DNA of 64,000 bases from Pirellulales bacterium (GTDB lineage Bacteria; Planctomycetota; Planctomycetia; Pirellulales; PALSA-1355). The notes under the pieces were generated by a model that saw only the letters and a program-made list of their open reading frames with translations, had not been told where the DNA came from and did not search any database. The translations under genes were made by a program, and so were the position numbers. The DNA lies in the NCBI GenBank assembly GCA_963733035.1, contig CAVTBU010000005.1, forward strand, positions 2,304,001 to 2,368,000, written 5' to 3'. Shown in pieces: positions 29,116-40,523 of the stretch (the stretch's first letter is position 1; each line of letters opens with the position of its first letter).

Positions 29116-29491
29116 GACAGCCTCCTTCATCGGAGTGTGCACTTGGGGGCGGTTCCGCGCGCTCGAGCATCATCGTAACACGGGCGAAGCGTTGAGCCCA
29201 ACAATCGGGGGGCATCGCGGGATTGGAAAAGCTTGGCGCATGGGTCTTCAGTGCGTTATCATATGGGCGCGGATTGATGGATGCGGAGGCGGCCGATGTT
29301 CCACATCGCGCTCCCGCCGGCAAGCCGCGCCCGCGATCGACCTACCTTGAAATCCTACCTATTTGCCGCGTTTGGTTCTGGCGCCGGCCAGAGCGAAGCG
29401 CTGCCGGGAATACGTTTCCGGGACTTTGTGGAATCGTGTTCGGTGCACGCTCGGTTCTGACAAAGTCGAGAGCATCGCCGGGAGAGACGAT

Positions 29492-32077
29492 ATGCCTCGC
29501 GAGACGACCTTCCGCGCTACAGCGACTTTCCGGTGGCAGCACGCAACCGCCGTTGCGCTGGCTGCCGCGTTGTTGCAGATGGTCGCGATGGGCGTGGCCG
29601 ACGAGCCAGCAGCCCCCCCGGCCGCTGAGAAACCGCTCCACCAACGAATCGACGAGTTGATCGAGGCCGCGTCGCCAGGGCCCGCCGCCGCGCCCGCCTC
29701 CGACGCCGAGTTTCTCCGCCGGGTCTATCTGGATCTAAACGGCACGATTCCCGATGCGGACACGGCCCGGGCGTTCTTGGACGACGCCGACCCGAACAAG
29801 CGGGCTGCGCTCGTCGACCGGTTGCTGGCCGCGCCGCGGTTTGCTCGGCACATGATGCATACGTTCGACGTGATGTGGACCGAACGGCGGCGAGAGACGC
29901 GTCTGGGCAAGGGGGTGGCCGACGCGGAGTGGAACGCGTATCTCTACCAGAGCTTTGCCGAAAATAAACCGCTCGATCAACTCATTCGCGAAATTCTTTC
30001 GGCCGACGGCGCCGATCCGGCGCTGCGGCCGGCCGCTAAGTTCTATCTCGACCGCGACGGTGAACCGAATTTGCTGGCCCGAGATGTCGGACGGTTGTTC
30101 TTTGGCCGCGACCTGCAATGTGCCCAGTGTCACGACCATCCGCTGGTCGAGGACTACTTGCAGTCGGAATACTATGGACTGATGGCGTTTGTCAACCGCG
30201 GCACGGTGTTCACCGACGCCAAAGATGAAAACAAGTTGTACTACGCCGAGTTGGCCGACGGCGAAGTGAATTTCAAGTCGGTGTTCACGGGCAACGCGCG
30301 CGACAAAGTCTTGCCGGAACTGCCGCGGGAAGAACCGGTCAGCGAACCACAGCTGAGCAAGGAAGAACAGTACGTGGTGGCGCCGGACAAGGACAAGAAG
30401 GTGCGACCGGTGCCGAAGTACAGCCGCCGCGCGCAACTCGCGTCGCTGGCCACTAGCGGAACCAGCGAAGCATTTAATCGCAATCTGGCCAATCGGCTGT
30501 GGGCGCACATGCTGGGGCGCGGCATCGTGCATCCTTTGGACATGCAGCACAGCGACAATCCGCCGGTCCAGTCGGAGTTGCTTGGTTTGCTGGCCGACGA
30601 GCTAGTACGGGCGAAATACGACCTGAAGTCGATCTTGCGCGAGATCGCGCTTTCGCGAACCTATCAGCGATCGAGCGTGGAGCCGAATCCTGCTGAGATG
30701 CAGATCGACGCCGATGCGGTGGCCTCGACGTTGGCCGCCTGGGCCGCCGAGGCCGAGCGGTTGGCCGCCGAGCTACCTAAGCTAGAAGAAGCCGCGGCAA
30801 ACGCCGACGGCGCCCAGGGAGAAGCCTACGAAAAACTCGCGGCGGCCAAAGAGGCGCAGGGTGCGGCCCAAAAGGCGCACGACGAGGCCAAAAAGGCCAG
30901 CGACGAACTCGCGGCCGCGCTAGCCGCTGCCATTAAAGACGTCGAAACGAAAGAGGACGTGCTCAAGTCGCTCGTCGCCGCGCGCACCGCGGCCGATGCG
31001 GCGGCCGCGAAGTTGCCCGAGGATAAGCCGTTGGCCGACGCCGCGGCGACCATCAAGACTCGTGCCGGCGAGATCGACACGGCCCTGGTTGCCGCCCGGG
31101 CCACGATCAAGGAGAAGCAGCCGCAGGTGCAAGCCGCCTCGCTCAAGTTGGCCGACCTCGACAAGCAATTGCAGGCCGCGACGACCGCGCAGTCGGCGGC
31201 CGGTTTGGCGCTGGCGGACGCAGAGGCCAAGACGCGGCATGCGAACTGGGAATCTCGCTCGGCCAAGGCCAAACACAACGAGCTGACCGCGCGCATTGCC
31301 GATACGCAACGCGCGCTTGACTATCGGGCAATGCGCGAGTCGGCGCTCGCATCGCAGGCCGCGGCCGAAACGGCCGGGAAGCAATTGGCGGCGCTCGAAA
31401 CGCAAGAATCGATCACGGCCGACACGATGGCCATGGCCCGTGCCGCGCTCAATGCGGCGAAGGAAAAAACGACCGCCGACGTCATGGCCGCTGAGCAGGC
31501 CTGGACAGGGTTGCTAACCTCGTCGGAGATTCGATTCACGCTGGCGCCGCTCAAGCCGCTTTCGCCCGAGCAACTGACCTGGGCCACGATGCAGGCCGTC
31601 GGCATGGTCGACGCGCAGCGTGCGGCTCAAGAGGCCGAAGCGAAGAAGCAGGCGGAAGCAGCCGGCGAAATGCCGCCCGAAGCACGCGAACACCTTACCG
31701 CCCGCAAGCTCGAGGAGTTGGTCGACACGAAATTGGCCGGCAACATCAAGCAGTTCGTCGAACTTTTTGGACAGCAGCCTGGCCAGGCGCCGTCGTTTCA
31801 GGCCACGGTGCACCAGGCGCTGTTCCTGGCCAACGGCGGATTGCTGGCCGGCTGGATCAATCCAAGCGGAGGCAATCTGACCGAGCGACTGTCGAAGCTG
31901 GAGGATCCGCAGACCGTGGCCGAGCAGTTGTATTTGAGCGTCTTCACGCGGCGGCCAGAGCCGGACGAAGCGGCTCGGGTGGCCGAGTACTGGAAGGCAG
32001 CGGACGACCATCCCGCGGCGGCGCGGGAGATGGTCTGGTCGCTACTCACCAGTAGCGAGTTCCGATTCAATCACTAG
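29492..32077 (+). CDS. DUF1549/DUF1553 protein with long coiled-coil insertion
   Basis: DAEFLRRVYLDL, CAQCHDHP, NRLWAHMLGRG, Ala/Glu/Lys-rich heptads and SEFRFNH. Confidence 0.85.
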   Translation: MPRETTFRATATFRWQHATAVALAAALLQMVAMGVADEPAAPPAAEKPLHQRIDELIEAASPGPAAAPASDAEFLRRVYLDLNGTIPDADTARAFLDDADPNKRAALVDRLLAAPRFARHMMHTFDVMWTERRRETRLGKGVADAEWNAYLYQSFAENKPLDQLIREILSADGADPALRPAAKFYLDRDGEPNLLARDVGRLFFGRDLQCAQCHDHPLVEDYLQSEYYGLMAFVNRGTVFTDAKDENKLYYAELADGEVNFKSVFTGNARDKVLPELPREEPVSEPQLSKEEQYVVAPDKDKKVRPVPKYSRRAQLASLATSGTSEAFNRNLANRLWAHMLGRGIVHPLDMQHSDNPPVQSELLGLLADELVRAKYDLKSILREIALSRTYQRSSVEPNPAEMQIDADAVASTLAAWAAEAERLAAELPKLEEAAANADGAQGEAYEKLAAAKEAQGAAQKAHDEAKKASDELAAALAAAIKDVETKEDVLKSLVAARTAADAAAAKLPEDKPLADAAATIKTRAGEIDTALVAARATIKEKQPQVQAASLKLADLDKQLQAATTAQSAAGLALADAEAKTRHANWESRSAKAKHNELTARIADTQRALDYRAMRESALASQAAAETAGKQLAALETQESITADTMAMARAALNAAKEKTTADVMAAEQAWTGLLTSSEIRFTLAPLKPLSPEQLTWATMQAVGMVDAQRAAQEAEAKKQAEAAGEMPPEAREHLTARKLEELVDTKLAGNIKQFVELFGQQPGQAPSFQATVHQALFLANGGLLAGWINPSGGNLTERLSKLEDPQTVAEQLYLSVFTRRPEPDEAARVAEYWKAADDHPAAAREMVWSLLTSSEFRFNH

Positions 32078-32189
32078 CGAACAAACGGTTGCCGACGGTC
32101 AGGATGTCGGTGGAAGTAGAAATCGAACAACAGGCGCGATCGTGGGCGACCGCTCCGATCGACGTTGCCGTCAAAACGAGGACCTTGCC

Positions 32190-33474
32190 ATGAAATGCCA
32201 CTACGCCTGCCGCTCTGGAGAGCATTTGATCGAGCGGCGTAAGTTCCTGGGCACGCTGGCCGGGGTGGCCGGCGCGGCGACGTTTGGCGCGCCCAGCATG
32301 GTCCGGGCGGCAATGCCACAGCTGACTGCAGGCAATAAGCACATTCTCATGGTCTGGCTGGCCGGCGGAGTGAGCCAATTGGAGACCTGGGACCCCAAGC
32401 CCAAGACGGACACGGGCGGACCGTTTCGCGCGATTCCCACGTCGGTGCCCGGCATTCACATTTGCGAACTGCTCCCGTACACCGCCAAGCAGATGCACCA
32501 CTTAGCGCTGGTGCGGAGTATAAACACCAAGGAAAACGATCACGGCAAAGGGGCCTACTGCATGACCACCGGTCGCAGGCAGGAGCCGGTGGCCGACTAT
32601 CCGCACTTGGGAGCCGTCGGCGCGAAGCTGCTCGCGCCGGCCGATTCGCCGCTGCCTGGTCACATTCACGTGGCGGCGGGGGGCACCGGCGGCAGCCGCG
32701 ACGACGCCGCGTTTCTCGGCCCGCGCTACGCCAGCATCTCGCTGGGCGACGGCAACCCGCCCCGCAACACGGCGCTGCCCGAGGGTATGACTCCGGCGGC
32801 CGACGACAAGCGATATGCCTTCCGCGCAAGTGAACGATCACTTTGCCCGGCGGCGCCGTTCGGCCGAGAGCGACGCGTTTCTGTCGTCGTTCGACCAGGC
32901 CCGGCAATTGATGGAAAGGCGCGAGGTGTTCGACGTCAGCAAGGAAGCGGCGGCCGATAAAGAGCGCTACGGCAACAGCGAGTTTGGCAAGCAGTGCCTG
33001 CTCGCCCGGCGACTCATCGAAAAAGGGGTCAGTTGCGTGCAGGTGACGCACACCAACTACGATACGCACCACGAAAACTTCAATTTCCACATCGAGCAAC
33101 TCGGCGAGTTCGATCAGCCGTTTGCCACGCTGGTGGCCGACCTGGTCGATCGTGGCCTGTGGGACAGCACGCTATTGGTGGTGATGTCGGAGTTCGGCCG
33201 CACGCCGCGGATCAACAATCGCTTTGGCCGCGATCACTGGGGCATGGCTTGGAGCGTGGCCCTGGGGGGCTGCGGCATTCAGCCCGGCGCGGTCATCGGC
33301 AAGACCAACGCCAACGGCACCGAAGTGGCCGATCGCGAGGTCAATCATGGCCACTTGTTCCACACGTACCTGAGCGCGGTGGGGGTCGATTCGTCGGGCA
33401 AATTCGACGCCGGCGGCCGCAGCATTCCCATGGCCGACCCGGCCGCGGCCCCCATTTCGGAGCTCTTGGCATGA
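32190..33474 (+). CDS. DUF1501 domain protein (frameshift near 32825)
   Basis: ERRKFLG leader and GGVSQLETWDPK; LARRLIE, SEFGRTP and GRDHW lie in a second frame. Confidence 0.85.
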
Positions 33475-34496
33475 ACGACCCGCAAGCCGCCGCCGATCCG
33501 AACCGGGTCGATCCGCAAAAGACGCACGCCGTGGGCGAGTGGAAGTACACCAGCCCCTTGCTCGCCTGCCGGTTCGATCCGAGCGGGCAGTTCGTGTTTT
33601 GTTCGGCGCAGGACAACACCGTGCAGCGGTGGAACATCGCCAGCGGCGCAGCCGTGCCGATGGAAGGTCACGACAGCTGGGTCCGCGGCATCGCCTGCCA
33701 CCCCTCGGGCAGTCATGTTTACACCGGCGGCTACGACGGGCAGTTGATTGCCTGGGAAGCGTCGGCCGAAGCGCCCAAGCCGGTGTATACGATCGAAGCG
33801 CACGACGGATGGATTCGCTCGGTCGCCGTCAGCGCCGACGGCAAGCTGCTGGCCACGGGCGGCAACGACCACCAGGTCAAATTGTGGGATCCGCTCGACG
33901 GGCGGCTCATCGACGTGCTCGAAGGACACCCGTGCCACGTCTACAGCGTGCTGTTCCATCCCGACGGCAAACGGCTCGTCTCGGGCGATCTCAAGGGCGA
34001 AGTGCGCGAGTGGGACCTGGCCACCACCGAGCAACTGCGGACGCTCGACGGCTCGGCCCTGTGGAAATACGACGGCGGGTTCCGGGCCGATATCGGCGGC
34101 GTGCGCGGCATCGGCTTCAACGCCGACGCCACGCTGTTGGCTTGCGGCGGCATCACCGAAGTGAGCAACGCGTTCGCGGGCATTGGCAATCCGCTAGTTG
34201 TGGTGTTCGACTATGTCACCGGCGAGAAGAAGCAATCGCAAGTTTCGTCGAAGAAGCCGCGCGGCACGGTATGGAACGTTCATTTCCATCCCGAAGGTTT
34301 TTTGATGGGCGTTTCCAGCGGCCACGACGGCGGCCACCTGCTGTTCTGGAAAGTTGCCGAGCCGAACGAGTTCTTCGACTTCAAACTCCCCAACCTGGCC
34401 TACGACTCCGATCTGCACCCCGACAAGCTGCGCGTGGTCACGGCGCACGAGGACAACACGCTACGCCTGTGGCGCATGACGGCGCCGGCGGGATAG
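33471..34496 (+). CDS. WD40-repeat protein
   Basis: GH..W / H..W repeats, LWD and REWD; ATGA overlap with the DUF1501 gene. Confidence 0.85.
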   Translation: MNDPQAAADPNRVDPQKTHAVGEWKYTSPLLACRFDPSGQFVFCSAQDNTVQRWNIASGAAVPMEGHDSWVRGIACHPSGSHVYTGGYDGQLIAWEASAEAPKPVYTIEAHDGWIRSVAVSADGKLLATGGNDHQVKLWDPLDGRLIDVLEGHPCHVYSVLFHPDGKRLVSGDLKGEVREWDLATTEQLRTLDGSALWKYDGGFRADIGGVRGIGFNADATLLACGGITEVSNAFAGIGNPLVVVFDYVTGEKKQSQVSSKKPRGTVWNVHFHPEGFLMGVSSGHDGGHLLFWKVAEPNEFFDFKLPNLAYDSDLHPDKLRVVTAHEDNTLRLWRMTAPAG

Positions 34497-34649
34497 GGTG
34501 CAGTTCACACGGGCAAAGTCGCGCGTTCTGCAACTGAGATGGGCGTTGACTCTCGCGCCCAAATATCGGTTTGTGCAGTTGTCCATCCGTAGTGCCGGAT
34601 CGTGTTGTATATCTGGAGATACTGGCGGGCCTCTGGAGATACGTGGCAC

Positions 34650-35312
34650 GTGAAGGTCAAGTGCCCCAACTGTCAGCGCGAGATTCCGGCCGAACAGATC
34701 AACGTCGGCAGTGACGTGGCCTATTGCCCGCGGTGTGAAAACGCATTTGCGCTTTCATCGCTTGTCGCCGCAGGCGCGACAGATGATGTCGAGCTTGGCG
34801 AGCCGCCCCCGGGATGTTGGATGCGCGTTGGATTTGACGACTGGGAGGTCGGTGCCACAACGCGTTCCTTTGCGGCGCTGTTCGTTATTCCCTTCATGTG
34901 TGTCTGGTCGGGGTTTTCGCTGGGTGGCATCTACGGCAGCCAAATCGCCAAGGGCGAGTTCAACCTGTTCCAATCGCTGTTTGGAATTCCGTTCCTATTC
35001 GGCACGGTTATGTTGGCTGCGATCGCCGCCATGACCGTAGCGGGCAAAGTCACCTTGAGTGTTCGCGACGATCGAGCCGAGTCGTTTATTGGCGTCGGTT
35101 CTCTCGGTTGGCGCCGCCGGTTCGATTGGTCGGGCATCGCCCGCGTGGTTGAAGGGCCCGCGGCAAACTCGCTTTACGGAAAGGACAGCGGTTGGATCGT
35201 TCTCGAAGGAGCCGGTACGGCGATCCGATTCGGGTACGGCGTCAAGTTCGAGCGACGTGCCTACTTGATGCGGGCCTTGCGGAAGATGCTCGTCAAGACG
35301 AAGCGATCGTGA
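34650..35312 (+). CDS. Zn-ribbon membrane protein, hypothetical
   Basis: CPNC...CPRC followed by two TM helices. The start is uncertain. Confidence 0.6.
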   Translation: MKVKCPNCQREIPAEQINVGSDVAYCPRCENAFALSSLVAAGATDDVELGEPPPGCWMRVGFDDWEVGATTRSFAALFVIPFMCVWSGFSLGGIYGSQIAKGEFNLFQSLFGIPFLFGTVMLAAIAAMTVAGKVTLSVRDDRAESFIGVGSLGWRRRFDWSGIARVVEGPAANSLYGKDSGWIVLEGAGTAIRFGYGVKFERRAYLMRALRKMLVKTKRS

Positions 35313-35626
35313 TTCCGTCGGAACGACTTTCGCTGCCAACGCGCGAACGACGCGGACGCTTGGTCGGTCCAACGCGGCAAACCGCCCAGCGTTGGCACAT
35401 TATCGACGAATCGGCAAACGCAAGCTTGAGCTCTGCTGCCGAAAGACGGTAATATGCCGCTGCGGTCGTACCTGCGAGCAGACGGAGAGGTCGGCGCGAC
35501 GGCACGTGAACCGAACAGGCCGCTGGGATTGTTCGCCGGAAGGTGCGACGCCAGGCTTTCGAGAGTCGCGTACCGCTTGCCCGGTGCGGCTAGTGCCAGA
35601 TCGCTGAAAGCCAAGAGGAGCTGATC

Positions 35627-36088
35627 GTGATGCACGACATGGACGCATTGAGATCGAGCATCAAGCGCTGGACGTTGATTCTGGGCGTGCTGCAAATCAC
35701 CGTCGGTTGTAGTGTGGGTTTCATCCCTCCGTCGGCCGTCCAGTGGTACCGAGGGCTCGTCATGAGCCACATCGAGTACACGGCCAACGGCGTGTTGATG
35801 ATCGCCTTCGGATTCTTGGTGCACGAGTTGAGCCTCGGACCCACGGCGCTGAAGATCTGGTTCGCGATGCTGCAAGTGGGAACGTGGACCAATGGAACGG
35901 CCGGGCTCGTCGGCGCCTTCATTGGCTACGCGTCATTGCTGATGCCCAGCTTGAACGAGAAATTTCCGGCCCCACATGGTCCGGATCACCCGGCCGTTAC
36001 CAGTTTGCTTCAGCTTTGTGGCGTGACGATCATGGTGGCCCTGGTGCTCACCTTGTACGGACTGTTGCGCCGCAAGCCAGACGGTTGA
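35627..36088 (+). CDS. 4-TM membrane protein, possibly styrene-oxide-isomerase (StyC)-like
   Basis: Four hydrophobic segments; H....NG motif; GAGGAG RBS. Confidence 0.5.
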   Translation: MMHDMDALRSSIKRWTLILGVLQITVGCSVGFIPPSAVQWYRGLVMSHIEYTANGVLMIAFGFLVHELSLGPTALKIWFAMLQVGTWTNGTAGLVGAFIGYASLLMPSLNEKFPAPHGPDHPAVTSLLQLCGVTIMVALVLTLYGLLRRKPDG

Positions 36089-36429
36089 TCTCGGCGCTCG
36101 CGTGCCGTACTTGCTCGTCGAACTTGGTCCACAAATCGGCCCACCACGGTAGAGCCGCGGCGCTCATCGGCGGTGGTCGCGGTGAAGGTCAATCCGTCGT
36201 ACGCGTGCACACTCCCTTCGCTCGCCGGGCCGGCACGGACGCGAGCACGTCGAGCTCACGTCACAAATTGCCAGATTCCGCGGGAATTTTCTCGACCGTT
36301 GGTTGTTTCGCTTGGCGCTGCGGCCGATACTGACGCTCGACCGACAATCCATTCCGCATTCTGCGCTAAAACTCCGACGCGGGTTTTTCCTTGCGCAGAG
36401 CCACTCCAAATCCGAATGAGGTGACGCTG

Positions 36430-37101
36430 ATGACCACGACACGACGATTCATTTCTTGCGCCGCGGCCACGCTGACCATTTTCTCCACCAGCGTTCTGCG
36501 GGCCGGCGAGATCACCGGCTTCAGTTGGTTTTCGGGCGTCGCGTCGGTGGCCGGCACGACGATCTCTCCCCCCTCCGACCCCAACAACGACGACGTCGTC
36601 GGCCCGTCACCCAACGGCGTCTTCGTTACGCAAAAAAACTACGTCGGCATCGGTCCGGTGGACTTGCAGTTTGACGTGAGCGACACCGGCGGCGTAACCG
36701 AGTACTTGATCACCGAGGGCGTTGCGAACAACACGGGCCTCGACTGGAGCAGTTATCACATCGAACTGGGGTTCGGCCACGAGGCCGGCTACGTCAAATC
36801 GACCTTGGGCGACGGGCTGGACTTTGACGCCCCCGATTACAATTCAACCTTCTTTTTCAATCCCTCGCCCGGCTTTTTTCCCACCTACTCGGTTAGCGAG
36901 GATGATGTCTACGCCACTGGCGGCGTGATGCCGAATTCGACCTTCGCGGGATACTTCCAATTCACCATCGACGTGCCCGACGGCATCACGTCGTTCACGA
37001 TCCGGCAGTCGCCAATCCCCGCGCCCGAGCCGTCCACCTGGGCCTTGGCCTGCATCGGTTGCATTGCCTTGTGGACACTCGGCCGTCAACGGAAGTCCTA
37101 G
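36430..37101 (+). CDS. PEP-CTERM secreted protein
   Basis: Signal peptide; APEPSTW + TM + RQRK. Confidence 0.8.
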   Translation: MTTTRRFISCAAATLTIFSTSVLRAGEITGFSWFSGVASVAGTTISPPSDPNNDDVVGPSPNGVFVTQKNYVGIGPVDLQFDVSDTGGVTEYLITEGVANNTGLDWSSYHIELGFGHEAGYVKSTLGDGLDFDAPDYNSTFFFNPSPGFFPTYSVSEDDVYATGGVMPNSTFAGYFQFTIDVPDGITSFTIRQSPIPAPEPSTWALACIGCIALWTLGRQRKS

Positions 37102-37246
37102 CGGCACAAAGGCGCCGGCGGACGCGCGTGCGCTTTACTGGAGTTGACCTGTTCCGGCCTCGCGGGCAAAGTGAGGCCCGGGACCGTGGCAAGGCTGCGC
37201 GCGGTGTCGCGAGGCGAGAGTTTATCTTCACGCAGGAAGGGATCGA

Positions 37247-37909
37247 ATGCTGACGCTCGTCGGGCTGCTGCTGTTGCCGCTGGCAGTGATCCTCGTGCAG
37301 ATCTCGATTGGTGCGACGGGTTGGATCGGCAACGCCTGCTACAAGTCGGCGTTCATCGTTCCGCCGTTGATCTACTGCCGCGTGCACGGCATTCGCATCG
37401 GCCGCGAAATATTTCGCTGGCAGAATTGGCGGAATGACTTGCGCCTGTCGCTGGCGATGGGTGTCGGCGCGGCCTTGCTGTTTTGGGGATTCTACGCCAC
37501 CGCCGGGAGCTTGCTGGTCGACAAGGGGGTGATTGCCGCCAAGATTCACGAGCAGTTCAGCGTCACCGCCGGCACGGTGCTGCTGATCGCGCCGTTCACG
37601 ATCCTGATCAACTCGCTCATCGAGGAGTTTTTCTACCGTGGTTTTGCGTTCGGCCTGATCGCTACGCGCCGGCCAGTGCTGGGCACGCTATTGCCGGCGG
37701 CCGTGTTCACGGTGCAACATCTGCTATTCGCCTATCATTGGGTGGGTCCGGGCACGGTGGCAATCGGCGTGGTGGTGCTGTTCATGTTCTCGCTGGTGAC
37801 GCAGGCCATGTACGCCAAGGCCGACTCGATTGTCGCCCCGTGGGTCATCCACATTTGCGGCGACCTGGCTATGATGACGATCGCCGTGGAGTTGATTTAT
37901 CGCGGATAG
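37247..37909 (+). CDS. CPBP (CAAX/Abi) intramembrane metalloprotease
   Basis: EEFFYRG, F...H and H...D motifs. Confidence 0.85.
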   Translation: MLTLVGLLLLPLAVILVQISIGATGWIGNACYKSAFIVPPLIYCRVHGIRIGREIFRWQNWRNDLRLSLAMGVGAALLFWGFYATAGSLLVDKGVIAAKIHEQFSVTAGTVLLIAPFTILINSLIEEFFYRGFAFGLIATRRPVLGTLLPAAVFTVQHLLFAYHWVGPGTVAIGVVVLFMFSLVTQAMYAKADSIVAPWVIHICGDLAMMTIAVELIYRG

Positions 37910-38041
37910 GGCTTGCCCTGGGCAAACGGCAGTCCTGCCTGGTTCCAAGAATTGCCCAGCCGGGACGAATAATAGAGGAATAGAGGTCGACGTGTTCTAT
38001 ATTTCATCCGCAAATCGATCGGACCGTGACGCTTTCTGGCC

Positions 38042-40465
38042 ATGCCTGATGACTTAACCATGCCTCGGGCCAAGAGACCGCACCCCGTCCAATTCCTGGC
38101 GCTGGGGGTCATTGCGCTGGCCGCCGCGGTTGGGCTGTACGACCTGTTGGTGGAAGCCCCGCCCCAGCCGTCCGACGAAACCGTCGAGTGGGAATCCTAC
38201 GGACGCGACCCCGGCGGGAGCCGCTATTCGCCGCTTACCCAGATCAATCGCGACAACGTGCGGCAGCTCGAAGTCGCCTGGGTCTATCGCACGGGCGACT
38301 GGTCCGACGGCACGGGCGGCCGACCGAAGACCGCGTTCGAATGCACACCGATCGTCGTCGACGGCACGATGTACGTCAGCACGATTCATGGCCGCGTGAT
38401 CGCGCTCGAACCGGAGACGGGGCAGGAGCGCTGGACGTTCGACGCAAAAGTCGATCGGACCGTTCATCGCTCGGAGATCGGCAACCGTGGCGTGGCAACC
38501 TGGCTTGACGCGAACTTATCCCAAGACGCGCCGGCTCGTCGGCGAATCTTCGTGGCGACCATCGATGCCCGGCTGATCGCATTGGACGCAGACACCGGGC
38601 GAAAGTGTACCGATTTCGGCGATCAGGGAGAAATCGATCTGACGCGCGGCGTCGACTTGGGCGACCACCTTGTGGATAAAGAGGACTACGGCGTGACCTC
38701 CGCTCCGGCCATCCTGGGCGACCTGGTAGTCGTCGGATCGGCGATCGGCGACAACCGCGCCGTGACGGTTGAACGCGGACTGGTGCGCGCCTTCGACGTG
38801 CGGAGCGGCGAGTTGCGCTGGTTTTTCGATCCCATCCCGCGCGACGCGTCCGATCCGGCCCAAGCAACGTGGGAAGACGACAGCGCCACGCGCACCGGTG
38901 CGAGCAACGTTTGGGCGCCGATCTCCGTCGACACCGAGAGAGACCTGGTGTTTGTGCCCACGAGCAGCCCCAGCCCCGACTATTACGGCGGCGACCGACC
39001 GGGCGCGAACGAGTATTCCAATTCGGTCGTTGCGCTGCGCGGTGCGACGGGGGAGGTCGCGTGGCACTATCAGATCGTGCACCATGATCTGTGGGATTAT
39101 GATCTGCCGGCACAGCCGACGCTGATCACGGTTCGCAAAGACGGCCGCGAGATTCCGGCCGTGGCACAAGCCACGAAGATGGGCTTTCTGTTCCTGCTCG
39201 ATCGCGAAACGGGCGAGCCGATTTACCCGGTCGAAGAGCGCGCGGTGCCCAAGTCGGACGTACCCGGCGAGAGCAGTTGGCCCACCCAGCGGTTTCCCAC
39301 CGGCCCGCCCCCACTGGCTACGGCGCGGGCGACGCCCGACGACGCCTGGGGGCTCACGCCCTGGGACCGTGCACAATCGCGCGAATTGCTCGAGCGCTAT
39401 CGCTACGAAGGCATTTACACGCCGCCCAGTTTCAAGGGCTCGATTGAATTCCCGGGTATTGCCGGCGGAACGAACTGGGGTGGCGTTTCGTTCGAGCCGC
39501 GGCGAGGACTGGTCGTGCTGAACATGACCCACCTGCCGTTTTTGATCAAACTCTTTCCGCGCGACCAGTTCGATATCGAAAAAGCAAGGCAAACCTGGCA
39601 GGCCGAGTACGCCCGGCAACAAGGAACCCCGTACATCATGGGCCGCGCGCCGCTGTTTTCGCCGCTGCGCTTACCGGCAACGAAGCCGCCCTGGGGCACA
39701 TTGGCGGCCGTCGACGTGAACACCGGCAAGTTGAAGTGGGAAGTCCCGCTGGGAACCACGCGCGATATCGCGCCGGTGCCCTTGCCGCTTCGTGTCGGCG
39801 TGCCCAGCATGGGCGGCTCGGCGTGCACCGCCGGCGACCTGGTGCTGATCGGTGCCGCGGTCGACAATTATATTCGGGCGTTCGATATCGATACCGGCGC
39901 GGAATTGTGGAAACGCCGCTTGCCCGCGGGGGGTCAGGCCACGCCGATGACCTACCAACTGCAACCACCCTCTGGCAGCGGCAAACAGTTCGTCGTCATC
40001 GCGGCCGGCGGGCACGGAAAACTGAACACGACCATCGGCGACTACGTCGTGGCGTTTACGCTGCGAAGCCGCGGAGCGATCATCACGCTGTGGCTACTCA
40101 GCACGCTGCTGGCCGCGGCGTCCGTGTTCGTCGCGACGCGATGGTTGTGGCTGAAACCTCCCGAAGAGGGCAAGAAACATTCGCGGCTTCGTCGCCTGGG
40201 CCGCGGAATCGTGCGCCTGTTTGGCGTGCTTTTTCTTCTCGCGGCGGTCGGGCTCGTCTTGCCCTGGCTGCTTGGCGGCGCCACCTGGCTGGTGCCGCTG
40301 TCGGCGTTGGTACTATGGAGCGGAATGCTGCTTACGACGCTCGCGGTGGTTGTGCGTGGTCGGGTTCGACTCGTACTCCCTGCGATTGCACTGCTGGCCC
40401 TGGCTACCGTGACGGCCTACCTGCAAATGAGCGAGTTGTTCTGGGTCGGCGCCATGCCCTGGTGA
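38042..40465 (+). CDS. PQQ-dependent glucose/quinate-type dehydrogenase with C-terminal TM extension
   Basis: RYSPLTQIN, HHDLWDYD, GGTNWGG, PPWG, LPAGGQATPMTY and AGGH motifs. Confidence 0.9.
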   Translation: MPDDLTMPRAKRPHPVQFLALGVIALAAAVGLYDLLVEAPPQPSDETVEWESYGRDPGGSRYSPLTQINRDNVRQLEVAWVYRTGDWSDGTGGRPKTAFECTPIVVDGTMYVSTIHGRVIALEPETGQERWTFDAKVDRTVHRSEIGNRGVATWLDANLSQDAPARRRIFVATIDARLIALDADTGRKCTDFGDQGEIDLTRGVDLGDHLVDKEDYGVTSAPAILGDLVVVGSAIGDNRAVTVERGLVRAFDVRSGELRWFFDPIPRDASDPAQATWEDDSATRTGASNVWAPISVDTERDLVFVPTSSPSPDYYGGDRPGANEYSNSVVALRGATGEVAWHYQIVHHDLWDYDLPAQPTLITVRKDGREIPAVAQATKMGFLFLLDRETGEPIYPVEERAVPKSDVPGESSWPTQRFPTGPPPLATARATPDDAWGLTPWDRAQSRELLERYRYEGIYTPPSFKGSIEFPGIAGGTNWGGVSFEPRRGLVVLNMTHLPFLIKLFPRDQFDIEKARQTWQAEYARQQGTPYIMGRAPLFSPLRLPATKPPWGTLAAVDVNTGKLKWEVPLGTTRDIAPVPLPLRVGVPSMGGSACTAGDLVLIGAAVDNYIRAFDIDTGAELWKRRLPAGGQATPMTYQLQPPSGSGKQFVVIAAGGHGKLNTTIGDYVVAFTLRSRGAIITLWLLSTLLAAASVFVATRWLWLKPPEEGKKHSRLRRLGRGIVRLFGVLFLLAAVGLVLPWLLGGATWLVPLSALVLWSGMLLTTLAVVVRGRVRLVLPAIALLALATVTAYLQMSELFWVGAMPW

Positions 40466-40523
40466 TCCGGCGTGGTTGAGCGTTTTGTCTTCTCGCTGTT
40501 GACGCAGGGGACGTACCTGTTTT

